A stretch of 32,000 nucleotides of DNA from Synechococcus elongatus PCC 6301 (GTDB lineage Bacteria; Cyanobacteriota; Cyanobacteriia; Synechococcales; Synechococcaceae): contig NC_006576.1 in assembly GCF_000010065.1 (NCBI RefSeq), forward strand, positions 510,001 to 542,000, given 5' to 3'. Position 1 is the stretch's first letter; each line of letters begins with the position of its first letter. Below are positions 1 to 11,291 of this stretch, piece after piece. The notes beneath the pieces are model-generated. The model had not been told where the DNA came from. It made no database searches and was given only the letters and a program-made list of their open reading frames with translations. A program made the translations under genes and the position numbers.

Positions 1-159
1 GCGAGTACGGATGATTTTGGGGTCAACTCCCAAGCCAAGGAAGCGATCGCGATCGCGGTTCTAGCCTATTGGCGACAGCACAACGTTCCTGGCAATTTGC
101 CGGCAGTGACTGGGGCGTCGGGTCCTGCCTTACTAGGCGATGTTTTTGCTCGAACCTAA
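1..159 (+). CDS. anmK: anhydro-N-acetylmuramic acid kinase, C-terminal fragment (5' end outside window)
   Basis: Frame 1 is open from base 1 to TAA at 157-159. The translation ASTDDFGVNSQAKEAIAIAVLAYWRQHNVPGNLPAVTGASGPALLGDVFART resembles the conserved AnmK C-terminus (AKEAIAFA.LA...G.PGNLP.VTGA). It is absent from the ORF track because it has no in-window start. Confidence 0.6.
   Translation, partial: ASTDDFGVNSQAKEAIAIAVLAYWRQHNVPGNLPAVTGASGPALLGDVFART
43..56. repeat. HIP1 octamer palindrome GCGATCGC, two overlapping copies (43-50 and 49-56); example of a motif dispersed through the whole window
   Basis: The sequence GCGATCGCGATCGC is read directly. The same octamer recurs many times in the window, for example near 1216, 2068, 3327, 4291, 16246 and 20125. 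Confidence 0.9.
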
Positions 160-175
160 GCAGAGTTCTAATCCA

Positions 176-799
176 ATGCAGCCCCAGGAAACCGCAGCTC
201 GATATGACACCATTGCCCAATGGTGGCAAACGCAACATCAAGATTCACAGTATGGCCTTCGACAATTAGAGCGAGCAATTCAATTTGTCGATCCGACTCA
301 CCAGCCCAAGTTAGCTCTCGAGGTCGGCTGTGGTAGTAGTGGCCGCTTTATTGAGTGTCTGAGCAACAGAGGATTTCAGGTCGAAGGACTGGATATTTCC
401 ACTGCAATGATTGATTTGGCTCAGCAACTACATCCTGAAGTGACTTTCTACAGAGCAGATATCTGTGAGTGGATTCCTAGCAAGTCCTACAGCTTGATTG
501 TTGCTTGGGATAGTACCTTTCATCTACCGCTAGACCAACAAGCCCCTGTACACAGAAAACTCTGTGCTGCCCTAGAAGATCAGGGGATTTTGATGTTTAC
601 CTGTGGCGGTGGAGATCAAGCCGGTGAAATTGCTGGTGTATTCCAAGGTCAGGATTTTGAGTACAGCACCCTAGGAATTGATGCATTTCTGAAGCTCCTC
701 AGTGACTGCCACTGCACCTGTCTTCATCTTGAATACGATCAGTATCCTGAAAGGCATGTTTACGTGATCGCCAAAAAAGTTGGCGCTGCAATTCATTGA
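176..799 (+). CDS. class I SAM-dependent methyltransferase
   Basis: The ORF is 140..799. ATG at 176 avoids overlap with the anmK stop. SAM-binding motif I is present (LEVGCGSSGRFIECL), followed by an acidic residue at the end of beta-2 (GLDIS). Size is typical for Methyltransf_11/25-type enzymes. Confidence 0.7.
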   Translation: MQPQETAARYDTIAQWWQTQHQDSQYGLRQLERAIQFVDPTHQPKLALEVGCGSSGRFIECLSNRGFQVEGLDISTAMIDLAQQLHPEVTFYRADICEWIPSKSYSLIVAWDSTFHLPLDQQAPVHRKLCAALEDQGILMFTCGGGDQAGEIAGVFQGQDFEYSTLGIDAFLKLLSDCHCTCLHLEYDQYPERHVYVIAKKVGAAIH

Positions 800-990
800 A
801 CAGACAATTAATCGACTCATAAAATCAGCCAGCTAATTGTCCTAAAACAAAAAGCTGGCCAATGTTAGATGGGTTTGAAACTGAATTGATGGCTGCTGAG
901 CCTCATTTTTCTGTTGCTGTACCCGCTCAGAGAGCAAAATCAAAAGGCGTGAGTCTTGACTCCAACGCCGTGACAGAAAAAGGCGCGAAA

Positions 991-1161
991 TTAGATGAAT
1001 TGCCCCAAGATCAACGCCGCAACACCTGAAAACACAGTGATACCTAATGCGGTCAGCGGCGACTGTCCTTGAGCGACTGCAAAGGTCGTGACCACTCCAG
1101 CACCAAGGGCGGCAATTAGGAATTGGTCAAGCAGTGCGCTGTTCAGGAAAGGTCGCTTCAT
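991..1161 (-). CDS. small hydrophobic protein (about 56 aa, two predicted TM helices)
   Basis: The long form of the ORF (991..1353) overlaps the 3' end of the MidA gene. The internal ATG at 1159-1161 gives MKRPFLNSALLDQFLIAALGAGVVTTFAVAQGQSPLTALGITVFSGVAALILGQFI. That product is almost entirely two hydrophobic segments. No family was recognised. Confidence 0.4.
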   Translation of the reverse strand: MKRPFLNSALLDQFLIAALGAGVVTTFAVAQGQSPLTALGITVFSGVAALILGQFI

Positions 1162-1267
1162 GGCCGTGGGTGAATTGCATTCTGCGCTACAGATTACTGT
1201 TCGCTTAGGAAGCGATCGCGGCAGAATCCCCAGACTGTAATTAACGTTTGGGTTTCGCGACCTTTCG

Positions 1268-2431
1268 TTACAAGCTTGCTGGAACTGTGAAGCCACGTAA
1301 CGATTGTGCTCGTTCTTCAGGACTGAGGTTGAGCCCTTGCAACAAGACCCCAAAGTTTCCGAGTGCGGTGGGATCGAGCAACCGGTGTAGCACTTCGCGT
1401 CGCCGTAACAACTGACTCAGGTCTGATCCGGACTGTGGTTGGGAGAGTGCCATGAGGCGATCGCCCAAGCCCAGCGCCATCAGAAACAGAGCCTGTTCCG
1501 TAAAGGCCAAGCGTTTGAGCCCGAGCGCTTCGCCCCAGACTTCCAGCGCTGAAAAATTGACATGGGCCGTCAGATCTTGCTGCCCCGGCCGAGCATAGAG
1601 ATCGTTGTGAAAGCGTTGCTGCCAGTAGGCCTGAAGGGTGCCATCCGTGCGGCCAGCCGCGTAGTAGCGATCGCCGCTGTAGCCGTAATCGATCGTCAGC
1701 AAGTAGCCCCGCTGCAATCCCTGAACGACCTGAGCGAGCCACTGCTTCGCCGCCGGATGCACCTCCGTTCGGTAGCCCTCGGGCAGACGTGCGATCGCCG
1801 CTGCCAATCCCAAGTCTGCAAAGACATCAACAAGGTCAGGGCTCGACAGCGGTCCCAAGACTTCTTGCAGAACCCCCGCATTTTCCGTCACATAAATTTC
1901 TTGCCATTCACCCCCTTGCCACTGGATCCGATGCACCGGCAGGGCATCCACTAGCTCATTCGAGAAAGCCACACCGACGGTTGGCTGAGTGGCCCAGTCT
2001 TCCCAAGTCCACCAATCGACGCGATCGCGCCAGGGTTCTAGTCGCTCTTGCTGCTGCCGCCGCAGTTGGGGCGATCGCTCAATGATGCGATAGTGCAACG
2101 TTGCTTCTAACTCGGTTCCGGCGATCGCTGCTAAAAAGTCCCCTGCAAACTGGCCAGCGCCCGCCCCCATCTCGACCCAAACAAAGCGATCGGGTCGTCC
2201 GAGAACTTGCCAAAACTCTGCGGCTTGTACCGCCAGCAATTCGGCAAAATCAGCTGAAAGCGAGGGGGATGTGACAAAATCACCCCGATCGCCAAATTGC
2301 CCGGTGCGGCTGCTGTAGTAGCCCGACTCGGGATCGTAGAGCGCCCAGCTCATAAACTGCGCCATCGTCAAGCGGCGCTGGGGCTGGCTTTCCAACCATT
2401 CTAAGAGGCGATCGGGGATAGCCTGAGTCAT
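1268..2431 (-). CDS. MidA/NDUFAF7-family (DUF185) SAM-dependent methyltransferase
   Basis: 387 aa with an ATG start. The N-terminal motifs YY....G.FG..GDFVTSP and the glycine-rich EMGAGAGQFAGDFL SAM motif are typical of the MidA family. Confidence 0.75.
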   Translation of the reverse strand: MTQAIPDRLLEWLESQPQRRLTMAQFMSWALYDPESGYYSSRTGQFGDRGDFVTSPSLSADFAELLAVQAAEFWQVLGRPDRFVWVEMGAGAGQFAGDFLAAIAGTELEATLHYRIIERSPQLRRQQQERLEPWRDRVDWWTWEDWATQPTVGVAFSNELVDALPVHRIQWQGGEWQEIYVTENAGVLQEVLGPLSSPDLVDVFADLGLAAAIARLPEGYRTEVHPAAKQWLAQVVQGLQRGYLLTIDYGYSGDRYYAAGRTDGTLQAYWQQRFHNDLYARPGQQDLTAHVNFSALEVWGEALGLKRLAFTEQALFLMALGLGDRLMALSQPQSGSDLSQLLRRREVLHRLLDPTALGNFGVLLQGLNLSPEERAQSLRGFTVPASL

Positions 2432-2528
2432 CAGAGGGGAGTCCGCTTGCTACGATGAGAGTCTTATTAAGAATTGTGATTGTAGCTGCGTTGCCTTGTC
2501 CTTTTTCCGCGCCGTTCCGGTATTGCCC

Positions 2529-3326
2529 ATGTTGACTTCCTGGCTTCCGAAACTCTGTGCTGCGATCGCGGCGCTTCTCTTCCTGCTCCCTGCCGCTCCC
2601 GCGCAGGCCTTTAATAATCCTGAGCTCCTGCCTGATAGCCCCACCCCGATCATCGACTTGGCTCGTGTGCTCACCGACACCCAAGAGCAACGACTAGCCC
2701 GAGAACTGAACCAGTTTGAAGATGAAACCGGCTGGAAGCTGCGGGTGCTGACTCAGTTCGATCGCACACCGGGGCTAGCCGTGCGTGACTTCTGGAATTT
2801 AGATGAGCGCAGCGTGCTGCTGATTGCAGATCAGCGGGGCGGTAACTTACTGAACTTCAACGTCGGTGAAGCCTTCTATGCCTTCATGCCGCGGACTTTC
2901 TGGGTTGAGTTACAAACGCGCTACGGCAACCAGTTCTACGTGCGCGACCATGGCGAAGACGGAGCAATTTTTGATTCTCTTCATTCGATTGAAGGCTGCC
3001 TGCGCCAGGGTGGCTGCAGTGTGGTGCCAGGGCTACCGCAAGAACAATGGGTTCTAACACTGGTCACCTCCGTCCTCGGCGGTTTGGTTTGTGGATTCAC
3101 AGCACACCCCCGCAAGCCCGGTCAGATCATCGCTTGGCAATGGGTGCTAATCTTCTCGCCGCTCTGGGGAATTTTGTTCATTGCCTTTGGCATTGGTCCA
3201 GTAATTACTCGCACCACTGACTGGCTGCCGCTCTTTCGGAATGTCGCGGGCTTCTTAGTTGGAGCCTTGGGCGCTTACTTGATCTATCAATTCCGCAGTT
3301 CGAATTCTTCTACGCCTGCTCAATAG
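2529..3326 (+). CDS. TPM-domain (TLP18.3/Psb32-like) membrane protein
   Basis: The ORF 2496..3326 starts at TTG. ATG at 2529 gives a signal peptide MLTSWLPKLCAAIAALLFLLPAAPAQA. A TPM-like segment follows (IIDLARVLTDTQEQRLARELNQFEDETGWKLRVLT), then C-terminal hydrophobic helices. Confidence 0.7.
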   Translation: MLTSWLPKLCAAIAALLFLLPAAPAQAFNNPELLPDSPTPIIDLARVLTDTQEQRLARELNQFEDETGWKLRVLTQFDRTPGLAVRDFWNLDERSVLLIADQRGGNLLNFNVGEAFYAFMPRTFWVELQTRYGNQFYVRDHGEDGAIFDSLHSIEGCLRQGGCSVVPGLPQEQWVLTLVTSVLGGLVCGFTAHPRKPGQIIAWQWVLIFSPLWGILFIAFGIGPVITRTTDWLPLFRNVAGFLVGALGAYLIYQFRSSNSSTPAQ

Positions 3327-3380
3327 CGATCGCTAGCGATGGCTGATGAAGGTCAGCTGTCACGACTCTATATTCAACAG

Positions 3381-3415
3381 AAAGCCTGTAATCCCGATCG
3401 TGGATTACAGGCTTT
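3381..3415. terminator. bidirectional hairpin terminator between convergent TPM gene and clpB
   Basis: Perfect 14-bp inverted repeat AAAGCCTGTAATCC (3381-3394) / GGATTACAGGCTTT (3402-3415) with a 7-nt loop. T-rich tracts follow on both strands (TTTTACTT on plus, TTTCTGTT on minus). Confidence 0.7.
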
Positions 3416-3441
3416 TACTTCGCTCAAATTAGAGGGGGTGA

Positions 3442-6066
3442 TTAGCTCAGGGGAACCGCAGTTGGAGTTGCGATCGCCTTAAAGACGAGTCGTTCATTCT
3501 CCACAGCAACTTGAATCGTGTCGCCATCACTGAATTGCCCCCTGAGGATCGCCTTAGCGATCGCAGTTTCCAACTCTCGCTGAATGACTCGTTTGAGCGG
3601 ACGAGCTCCATAGACGGGATCAAAACCAATCTCAACCAAGAAATCGATCGCTTCTGGACTCATCGACAGCGATAATTTGCGATCGCTCAATCGTTCTTCA
3701 AGGCGATGCAGTTGAATCCGCACAATCTGCTGCAACTGATCCTTGCGCAGGCTGTGGAAGATGATTGTCTCATCGACCCGATTCAGAAATTCCGGTCGGA
3801 AATTAGCCCGCAGTGCTTCGGTGACACGGCTCCGCATTTCTTCGTAGCGGCTGTCATCGCCAGCCACATCGAGAATGTATTGCGAACCGATATTGCTGGT
3901 CAAAATCAAGATTGTATTCTTGAAGTCCACTGTTCGGCCGCGGCTATCGGTGACTCGACCATCATCGAGAATCTGCAACATGACGTTGAAGACATCTGGA
4001 TGGGCCTTCTCAATCTCATCAAAGAGGATGACGGAATAGGGACGCCGCCGCACCGCTTCCGTGAGTTGGCCGCCTTCGTCATAGCCGACGTAGCCCGGAG
4101 GCGCGCCGATTAGCCGCGAAACCGCGTGTTTCTCCATGTACTCCGACATATCAATGCGAATCATCGCGTCTTCAGTGTCGAAGAGATAGGCAGCTAGGGC
4201 TTTGGCCAACTCGGTTTTACCAACCCCTGTAGGGCCCAAGAAGATGAAGCTCGCGATCGGGCGTTTCGGATCAGACAACCCAGCTCGCGATCGCTGAATT
4301 GCATCCGCGACAGCAGAAACCGCTTCTTCTTGGCCAATCACCCGTTGATGCAGTTCTTCATCGAGATTGAGGAGCTTTTGCATCTCTGACTCAACCAGCT
4401 TGCTGACAGGAATCCCCGTCCACTTAGAGATGATTTCAGCAATGTCAACCTCTGTCACTTCTTCGCGCAGCAGAGACTTGCCACTGGTGTGGGTCGTCGC
4501 TAAACCGCCCTCCATTTCGTTGAGCTTGCGCTGCAGTTCTGTCAGTTTGCCGTACTTCAGCTCAGCTGCTTTGTTCAGGTCGTAATCTCGCTCAGCCTGT
4601 TGCATTAGCAAGTTAACCTGATCAATCTCTTCCTTGACGGATTGGATATCAGTAATAACATCCTTTTCAGCTTGCCATTGACTGCTTAAACTCCGCTGCT
4701 CTTCTTTTAGGTCGGCCAACTCTTTTTCTAGCCGTTGCAGACGTTCCTGTGAGGCAAGATCACTCTCTTTTTGCAAGGAGAGTCGTTCCATTTCGAGCTG
4801 GAGAATCTTGCGATCGATCTCATCTAATTCTTCTGGCTTTGAAGTGATTTCCATCTTGAGTCGAGCCGCCGACTCATCGACTAAATCAATCGCCTTATCT
4901 GGCAAGAAGCGATCGCTGATGTAGCGGGTCGAGAGGACAGCAGCAGCGACAAGAGCGTTGTCAGAAATACGGACGCCATGATGCACTTCATAGCGCTCTT
5001 TTAAGCCACGCAAAATCGAGATCGTATCTTCTACCGTAGGTTGATCGACAAAGACCTGTTGGAAGCGTCGTTCAAGAGCCGCATCCTTCTCAATATATTG
5101 GCGATATTCATCTAGTGTGGTTGCCCCAATACAGCGCAATTCTCCCCGCGCCAGCATCGGCTTCAGTAAGTTGCCAGCATCCATGGAGCCTTGGACCGCT
5201 CCAGCACCAACCACCGTATGAATCTCATCAATAAAGAGGATAATGATGCCTTCAGAGTCAGTGACTTCCTTGAGGACTGCTTTCAGGCGTTCTTCAAACT
5301 CACCCCGGAATTTAGCACCTGCAATTAAGGCACCCATGTCCAAAGCAATCAGCCGCCGATCCTTGAGGGATTGCGGGACATCACCATTAATAATCCGCTG
5401 GGCTAATCCTTCTGCGATCGCAGTTTTGCCAACCCCAGGCTCGCCAATCAAGACCGGATTATTCTTGGTGCGCCGACTGAGAATCTGAATAGTGCGACGG
5501 ATTTCATCATCGCGGCCAATGACGGGATCGAGCTTGCCACGACGCGCCATTTCAGTCAGGTCACGCCCATATTTTTCGAGGGCTTCGTATTTACCTTCAG
5601 GGTTTTGATCAGTCACTTTTTGGCTGCCTCGAATCTGTTGAATAATCTGACGGAGCTGCTTCTCGTCAACCTTGAATTCTTGACTGAGCAAGCGCCCAAA
5701 ACGGGAATCGCGGGGAAAGCTGAGGATGAGGTGCTCAACCGAAATAAATTCATCCCCAAAGTCCTTGCGAAACTGATCCGCCTGATCGAGGAGTTGATCG
5801 AGCGATCGCCCCAGATAAACCGACTGATTACCCCCACTCACCTTTGGCTGGCGGGCAATAAACCGCTCTGTAAACTGCTGTAGTTGTGCCGCTTCTAACC
5901 CTGCTTTCTTGAGGATATTCAGAGCCAGCCCTGGTCCTTGAAGCAAGGCCAAAAACAGATGTTCTGATTCAATTTGCTGATGCTGAGCTTGTTTCGCAAC
6001 ATCAGTTGTGCGAACGATCGCTTCCCAGGCTTTTTCAGTAAATTGATTGGGATTCGTCGGTTGCAT
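3442..6066 (-). CDS. clpB: ATP-dependent chaperone ClpB (class 1 AAA+ disaggregase)
   Basis: Two Walker-A motifs are present ([10 protein letters not shown] and [14 protein letters not shown]). There is a long coiled-coil middle domain and a Clp N-domain. Start is placed at ATG 6064-6066 ([17 protein letters not shown]), the usual ClpB N-terminus; the track ORF extends to 6093. Confidence 0.95.
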   Translation of the reverse strand: MQPTNPNQFTEKAWEAIVRTTDVAKQAQHQQIESEHLFLALLQGPGLALNILKKAGLEAAQLQQFTERFIARQPKVSGGNQSVYLGRSLDQLLDQADQFRKDFGDEFISVEHLILSFPRDSRFGRLLSQEFKVDEKQLRQIIQQIRGSQKVTDQNPEGKYEALEKYGRDLTEMARRGKLDPVIGRDDEIRRTIQILSRRTKNNPVLIGEPGVGKTAIAEGLAQRIINGDVPQSLKDRRLIALDMGALIAGAKFRGEFEERLKAVLKEVTDSEGIIILFIDEIHTVVGAGAVQGSMDAGNLLKPMLARGELRCIGATTLDEYRQYIEKDAALERRFQQVFVDQPTVEDTISILRGLKERYEVHHGVRISDNALVAAAVLSTRYISDRFLPDKAIDLVDESAARLKMEITSKPEELDEIDRKILQLEMERLSLQKESDLASQERLQRLEKELADLKEEQRSLSSQWQAEKDVITDIQSVKEEIDQVNLLMQQAERDYDLNKAAELKYGKLTELQRKLNEMEGGLATTHTSGKSLLREEVTEVDIAEIISKWTGIPVSKLVESEMQKLLNLDEELHQRVIGQEEAVSAVADAIQRSRAGLSDPKRPIASFIFLGPTGVGKTELAKALAAYLFDTEDAMIRIDMSEYMEKHAVSRLIGAPPGYVGYDEGGQLTEAVRRRPYSVILFDEIEKAHPDVFNVMLQILDDGRVTDSRGRTVDFKNTILILTSNIGSQYILDVAGDDSRYEEMRSRVTEALRANFRPEFLNRVDETIIFHSLRKDQLQQIVRIQLHRLEERLSDRKLSLSMSPEAIDFLVEIGFDPVYGARPLKRVIQRELETAIAKAILRGQFSDGDTIQVAVENERLVFKAIATPTAVPLS

Positions 6067-6171
6067 GGTGAGAAGTTCCAGCGATGAACCCATTTTAGGC
6101 AGGGGCGACCGCTTGCCCAGATCGGAGATCCGGCCAGTGCTCGAGCGAAATCCGTCTTTTGAATCGCCAGT

Positions 6172-6198
6172 AAAAAGCCCCTACTCTGCAGTAGAGGC
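6172..6198 (-). terminator. rho-independent terminator downstream of petE
   Basis: The minus strand reads GCCTCTACT-GCAG-AGTAGGGGC followed by TTTTT. The stem is 9 bp with one mismatch. It lies 35 nt past the petE stop. Confidence 0.55.
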
Positions 6199-6232
6199 TG
6201 TTGAGAACAATCGTTAGATCTGAAGCAAAAGA

Positions 6233-6610
6233 TTACTGGACCACGATTTTGCCAACCATGCCAGCGCCGCGGTGGGGCTCGCAGTAGTAGGTGTAGGTGC
6301 CAGGCTCGCTGAAGGTAGCTTCAAAGGTTTCGCCAGGCGAGAAGGCGAGATCTTTGTGAGAGAGTTCCGGTTGGCCCTCGACCACAACGTTGTGGGGCGC
6401 CAGTTTATTGTTGACCCACTGGACCGTGTCGCCCGCTTGGATCTCGATGGTCGAGGGTTCAAACGCCAGCATGCCGTTGTCTGCGCCCATTTTGATCGCA
6501 ACGGTCTGAGCAGATGCCGGTGCTGCCGAGAGGAAGAAGCTACCGACGCAGAGCACAGCAGCAACAGCGAAGAGGCTGAGGCGGCGTGCAAAAGAAGCCA
6601 AAACTTTCAT
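6233..6610 (-). CDS. petE: plastocyanin precursor
   Basis: 125 aa. The signal peptide ends ..APASA. The type-1 copper ligand pattern is present: H (APHNVV) ... [17 protein letters not shown] (C-x2-H-x4-M). Confidence 0.95.
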
Positions 6611-6638
6611 GATTAAGGTTCAGTCAAATGCCGTGGAT

Positions 6639-7613
6639 CTATTTTACGCTAAGGCGCTGGCGAGACTTGAATCCACTAACGCGGAACAGGTCAGCCAAGC
6701 TGTTGACGTAGGGCACCATGCCAAACTGGGCGGGATTCACCGGATTGGTGTGGGTGAAATGCCGATAATTGATACAAAATCGATCCCAATCGGTCATCTG
6801 AATGCGGAAGACCTTGATGAAGAAATCGACCAAGCCCCGCGTCAACGGAATCTGGAACCAAATGCGCAAGCCAAAGTAGTCGCAGGCTTGGCGAACCGCA
6901 TCATCCAAGGTGATGGCAGAGGTGCCCAACACGAACTTCCGGACACCCGGTTCTGCTGGAGGGTGAGCAATCAAATAACGAACGACTTGGGCAATATCGT
7001 AGGCATGAACAATGTGGAAACTGGCTTCACCTTTGAAGAAGCGAATCAGCCAGAGCCACTTGACGACATCCTGTAACCCCGCCGTTAGGAAGGACGATCG
7101 CTTGCCATCACTACCGCCACCAAAGACAAGAGTGGGGAAGACTGCCGTCACCTTGGGCGCGATCGCGAGGTTCTCGATTTCCTGCAGACCCTGATACTTG
7201 GTGCGGATGTAATCAGTCCCATAGAGCGCTGCTTCGGGCAGCAACTCATTGTTGTGGCCGAGGACACTCTCGGTCGAGAAGTAGATGACCTGTTGGCAAC
7301 GCTCGGGATCAAGGCTACTTAGCAGTGTGACGACCTGCTGGACATTGACCTGTTGTGTTGCCTCAGCACCACCCCAAGCTGCAGCCGTCAAAACAGCAAT
7401 GTCGATGGTTTGCAGTAGCTCGTGGAAGCGATCGATGTCCGCCATATCGGCTTCGATCACCTCCACTCCGGGCCGACGCTTGACATCAATCGTCAGCTTC
7501 TGGCGATCGCGGACGAGCAGAAACAGCTCATAGTCTGTGTTGAGCAGCAACGTTTCCGTCAGATAGTGGCCGACACAGCCGCTGGCCCCAGTGATGAAGA
7601 CGCGCTTACTCAC
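6639..7613 (-). CDS. NAD(P)-dependent epimerase/dehydratase-family (extended SDR) protein
   Basis: 324 aa with a GTG start. The N-terminal Rossmann motif is VFITGASGCVGHYL. Specific function was not recognised. Confidence 0.7.
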   Translation of the reverse strand: MSKRVFITGASGCVGHYLTETLLLNTDYELFLLVRDRQKLTIDVKRRPGVEVIEADMADIDRFHELLQTIDIAVLTAAAWGGAEATQQVNVQQVVTLLSSLDPERCQQVIYFSTESVLGHNNELLPEAALYGTDYIRTKYQGLQEIENLAIAPKVTAVFPTLVFGGGSDGKRSSFLTAGLQDVVKWLWLIRFFKGEASFHIVHAYDIAQVVRYLIAHPPAEPGVRKFVLGTSAITLDDAVRQACDYFGLRIWFQIPLTRGLVDFFIKVFRIQMTDWDRFCINYRHFTHTNPVNPAQFGMVPYVNSLADLFRVSGFKSRQRLSVK

Positions 7614-7634
7614 CCAGTGATTGCCTCTCGCAAG

Positions 7635-8699
7635 TTAGTGACTCGCTGCCAAGAGTTGATCGAGGTTTTTGGCCGTCTCAAAGAAGTGACGGGCATTATC
7701 CTCAGGAGTCCCGGGCAGGATGCCGTGGCCCAAGTTGAGAATGTGCCGCTGATTGCCAGCTTTACGCACCGTGTCCAAAATGCGATCGCGGATGAAATCT
7801 TGAGAGCCAAACAGCACACCCGGATCGATGTTGCCTTGCAGGCCGATATCCGGACCCAAGCGGCGGCGAGCATCGAGCAAATCAACCGTCCAATCGACGC
7901 TGACGATATCGCAGCCCGACTGGCCCATCCGCTCCAGTACGCCAGCACTACCGCTGATGTAGAGAATTAAGGGCACTTCAGGGTGTTTTGCCTTCACTTG
8001 CTGGAAGACACGCTGCTGATAAGGCAGAGCGAAGGTGTCGTAATCGATCGGGCTCAGCTGACCGGCCCAAGAATCGAACAGCTGAACAACCTGCGCACCA
8101 CAGTCAATTTGGTGGCAGAGGTAGATGGCAATGTTGTCGGCTAGCTTGCCCAACAACTCATGCAGGATCGTCGGTTCCGAAAAGGCAAGGTGCTTGATGT
8201 TGGCGTAGGTTTTCGAGCTTTTACCTTCGATCGCATAGGCCGCGAGAGTCCATGGCGCACCGGCAAACCCTAGCACGGCGGCTTCGTTGCCGACTTCCTG
8301 ACGAAGGGTTTCCAAAATTGGACGAATGAAAGGCGTGGCTTCTTCCGGATCGAGATCATGCACTGCTGCCACTTGTTCAGCCGTGCGGATCGGCGGCTCC
8401 AGAATCGGGCCTTTGCTCTCAATGATGTCGAAGGGAATGCCCATGCCCGGCAAGGGCGTCAGGATATCCGAGAACAGGATGACGCCGTCGGGCTTGAAAG
8501 CGCGGAACGGTTGCAGCGAAATTTCGATCGCCAGTTCCGGCGTTTCCGAACGCTCACGGAAGCCAGGGTACTTGTCCCGCAGATCGCGATAGACCTTCAT
8601 GTAGCGACCAGCTTGGCGCATCATCCACACGGGTGGGCGATCGAGAACCTCGCCACGGGCAGCGCGCAAAAGTCGGGGGAGCGAAGACGACGCGACCAT
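7635..8699 (-). CDS. hemE: uroporphyrinogen decarboxylase
   Basis: 354 aa. The hallmark N-terminus is present ([25 protein letters not shown]), with URO-D family similarity throughout. Confidence 0.95.
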
Positions 8700-8758
8700 G
8701 AAACCTACAGAGTAGAGGAGCGAACGCCAGTGGGTTCCGCCAGTCTGGCAATTTCGAA

Positions 8759-11083
8759 TTATAGGGGACTGTTGGCAGCCTCACTCAGGGATTCTGGGCC
8801 AGAGGCCAGTTCAAGCACGAGGGTCGTCAGCGGTGGCAGACAGAGATCAAGGGAATAGGGCCGATTGTGGCAAGACCATTCATCAGTCCATTTGCCACCC
8901 AGATTACCCATGTTGCTGCCGCCGTAGGAGCGGGCATCACTGTTAAAGATCTCGCGGTAGAAACCGGCAACCGGTACCCCAATTCGGTAGTGGGCATGGG
9001 GCTGGGGTGTGAAATTACAGACCACCACCAAGAAGCGATCGCTCTCGTGGGCGCGGCGAATAAACGAGACGATGCTGTGACGATTGTCGCTACAGTCAAT
9101 CCACTCAAAACCGGCTTGATTGCAGTCCTCGCTGTAGAGTGCGGGCGCATTGCGATAGAGGTGATTGAGGTCTTTAACGAATTGTTTCAGACCCTGATGG
9201 GGTTCGTACTGGAGCAGGTGCCACTCCAGATCGCCCCAGACATTCCACTCCGCCCACTGACCGAACTCCATGCCCATGAATAGGGTCTTCTTACCAGGGT
9301 GGGTGAACATGTAGCCCAACAGGCACCGGAGGTTGGCGAACTTCTGCCATTCATCGCCGGGCATTTTGCCAATCAGATTGCTTTTGCCATGGACGACTTC
9401 GTCGTGGCTGAGCGCCAGCATGAAGTTCTCACTGAAGGCGTACCAAATGCTGAAGGTGACGTTGTTTTGGTGGAACTGGCGGAACCAAGGATCCATGCTG
9501 AAGTAGTCCAGCATGTCGTGCATCCAGCCCATATTCCACTTGAGGTTGAAGCCCAAGCCGCCGACATAGGTGGGCCAAGAGACCATTGGCCAGGACGTCG
9601 ATTCTTCTGCGATCGACAGTGCACCGGGGAAGTAACTGAAGATCAGGTGGTTGACCTGGCGCAGGAAGTCCGCCGCTTCAATGTTTTCGCGCCCACCGTA
9701 CTCATTGGGGATCCACTCACCTTCCTTGCGGTTGTAGTCGAGGTAGAGCATCGAGGCGACGGCATCGACCCGAATGCCATCGATGTGGTACTTGTCGAAC
9801 CAAAACAGGGCATTGGCTGCAAGGAAGTTGCGCACTTCGTGGCGACCGTAGTTGAAGACCAGGGTGCCCCATTCGCGGTGCTCGCCTTGGCGTGAGTCGG
9901 CGTGCTCATAGAGGTGGGTGCCATCGAAGAAGGCGAGGCCATGGCCGTCTTTGGGGAAGTGGCCGGGCACCCAGTCGAGAATGACGCCGATCCCGTTTTG
10001 ATGGCAGCGATCGACGAAGTACATGAAGTCTTCGGGGCTGCCGTAGCGACTGGTGGCGGCATAGTAGCCGGTGACCTGATAGCCCCAAGAACCATCGAAG
10101 GGATGTTCCGCGATCGGCAGCAGCTCGATGTGGCTATAGCCCAGATCGAGCACGTAGGGAATCAGGCGATCGGCCAATTCCCGATAGGTGAGGAAGCGGG
10201 CCCCTGGCTTGAGATCGGCAACGGGGACCGGTGGTAGTGGCTTGCCTTGAGCGTCCGTCGCGATCGCATCTGAACTGGCATGCATCCACGAGCCAAGGTG
10301 CACTTCATAGACCGAGATCGGCTGCCGCAAGGGCTCTTGATGCCGGCGGCGTTCCAGCCAATCCGCATCCCCCCAGGTGTAGCGATCGAGATCGGCAACA
10401 ATTGATGCAGTCTTGGGACGAACTTCCTGCTGGAAACCATAGGGGTCACTTTTTTCGTAGATGTGACCGTCGTAGTTTTTGATCTCGTACTTGTAGGCAG
10501 CACCTACCGTGAGTTCGGGAATGAACAGTTCCCAGATGCCATTGCTGCGCCGCGCCATCTGATGCTTGCGGCCATCCCAGCTATTGAAATCACCCAGAAT
10601 GGAGACATTACGGGCACTGGGAGCCCAAACGGCGAAGTTAACGCCAGCCACGTTTTCAAGCTCGCAGGGGTGAGCCCCCAGTTTTTCGTAGATGCGGTGG
10701 TGATTACCCTCTGCAAACAGGTGGATGTCATAGTCCGTCAGCAAGGGCGATCGGAAGGCATAGGGATCGTAGATAATCCGCTCGCGTTCTCCCTCTGTAA
10801 TGCGCAGTTGATAGATCTCCAGAGTCTCTTCTGGGACCCAAGTCTCAAAAAAATGGGGATGATGCACCGGGTGCATCGCAAATTCGCGGCGCAAGGCTGG
10901 ACAGATCACAGCAGCTTCTTGCGCCTCGGGTAGATAGGCGCGAATCACCCACCCGGCTTGACCTTCGTGCTCGTAGGGATGAGGGCCCAGAATATCGAAA
11001 GGATTTTGCTCTTGATTACTGGCAATGCGATTGACCTGCTCGACGGATAGGCTGCTGGAGGGGAGCGGGGTCGTACCAGTCAT
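8759..11083 (-). CDS. glgB: 1,4-alpha-glucan branching enzyme
   Basis: 774 aa. GH13 catalytic motifs are present ([42 protein letters not shown]), with an N-terminal CBM48-like region. Confidence 0.95.
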
Positions 11084-11291
11084 AGGGTTACGCAGGAAGG
11101 ATCAGGGTCAGGCTAGCCCAAATAGGCCAGAGTCCTAGTCACTGTAGCAATCCGACTCGACTCTGCTGCAGTTCTTGGCACAGATTACAGAGTTCCGCTC
11201 TGGGACGCTGAACCTTGAGGCAATCGCCACAGCGGTTGACGCTGACAAAAATCAGGTTAAAACAACCTCAGAGTCTTCATCAAAAACTCCA

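Noticed and set aside
991-1353. The 120-aa form of the small ORF overlaps the 3' end of the MidA gene by 86 nt.
   Set aside because: The N-terminal 64 residues are non-hydrophobic, Cys/Arg/Asn-rich filler that overlaps a real gene. The internal ATG at 1161 gives a clean two-TM miniprotein, so the short form was reported instead.
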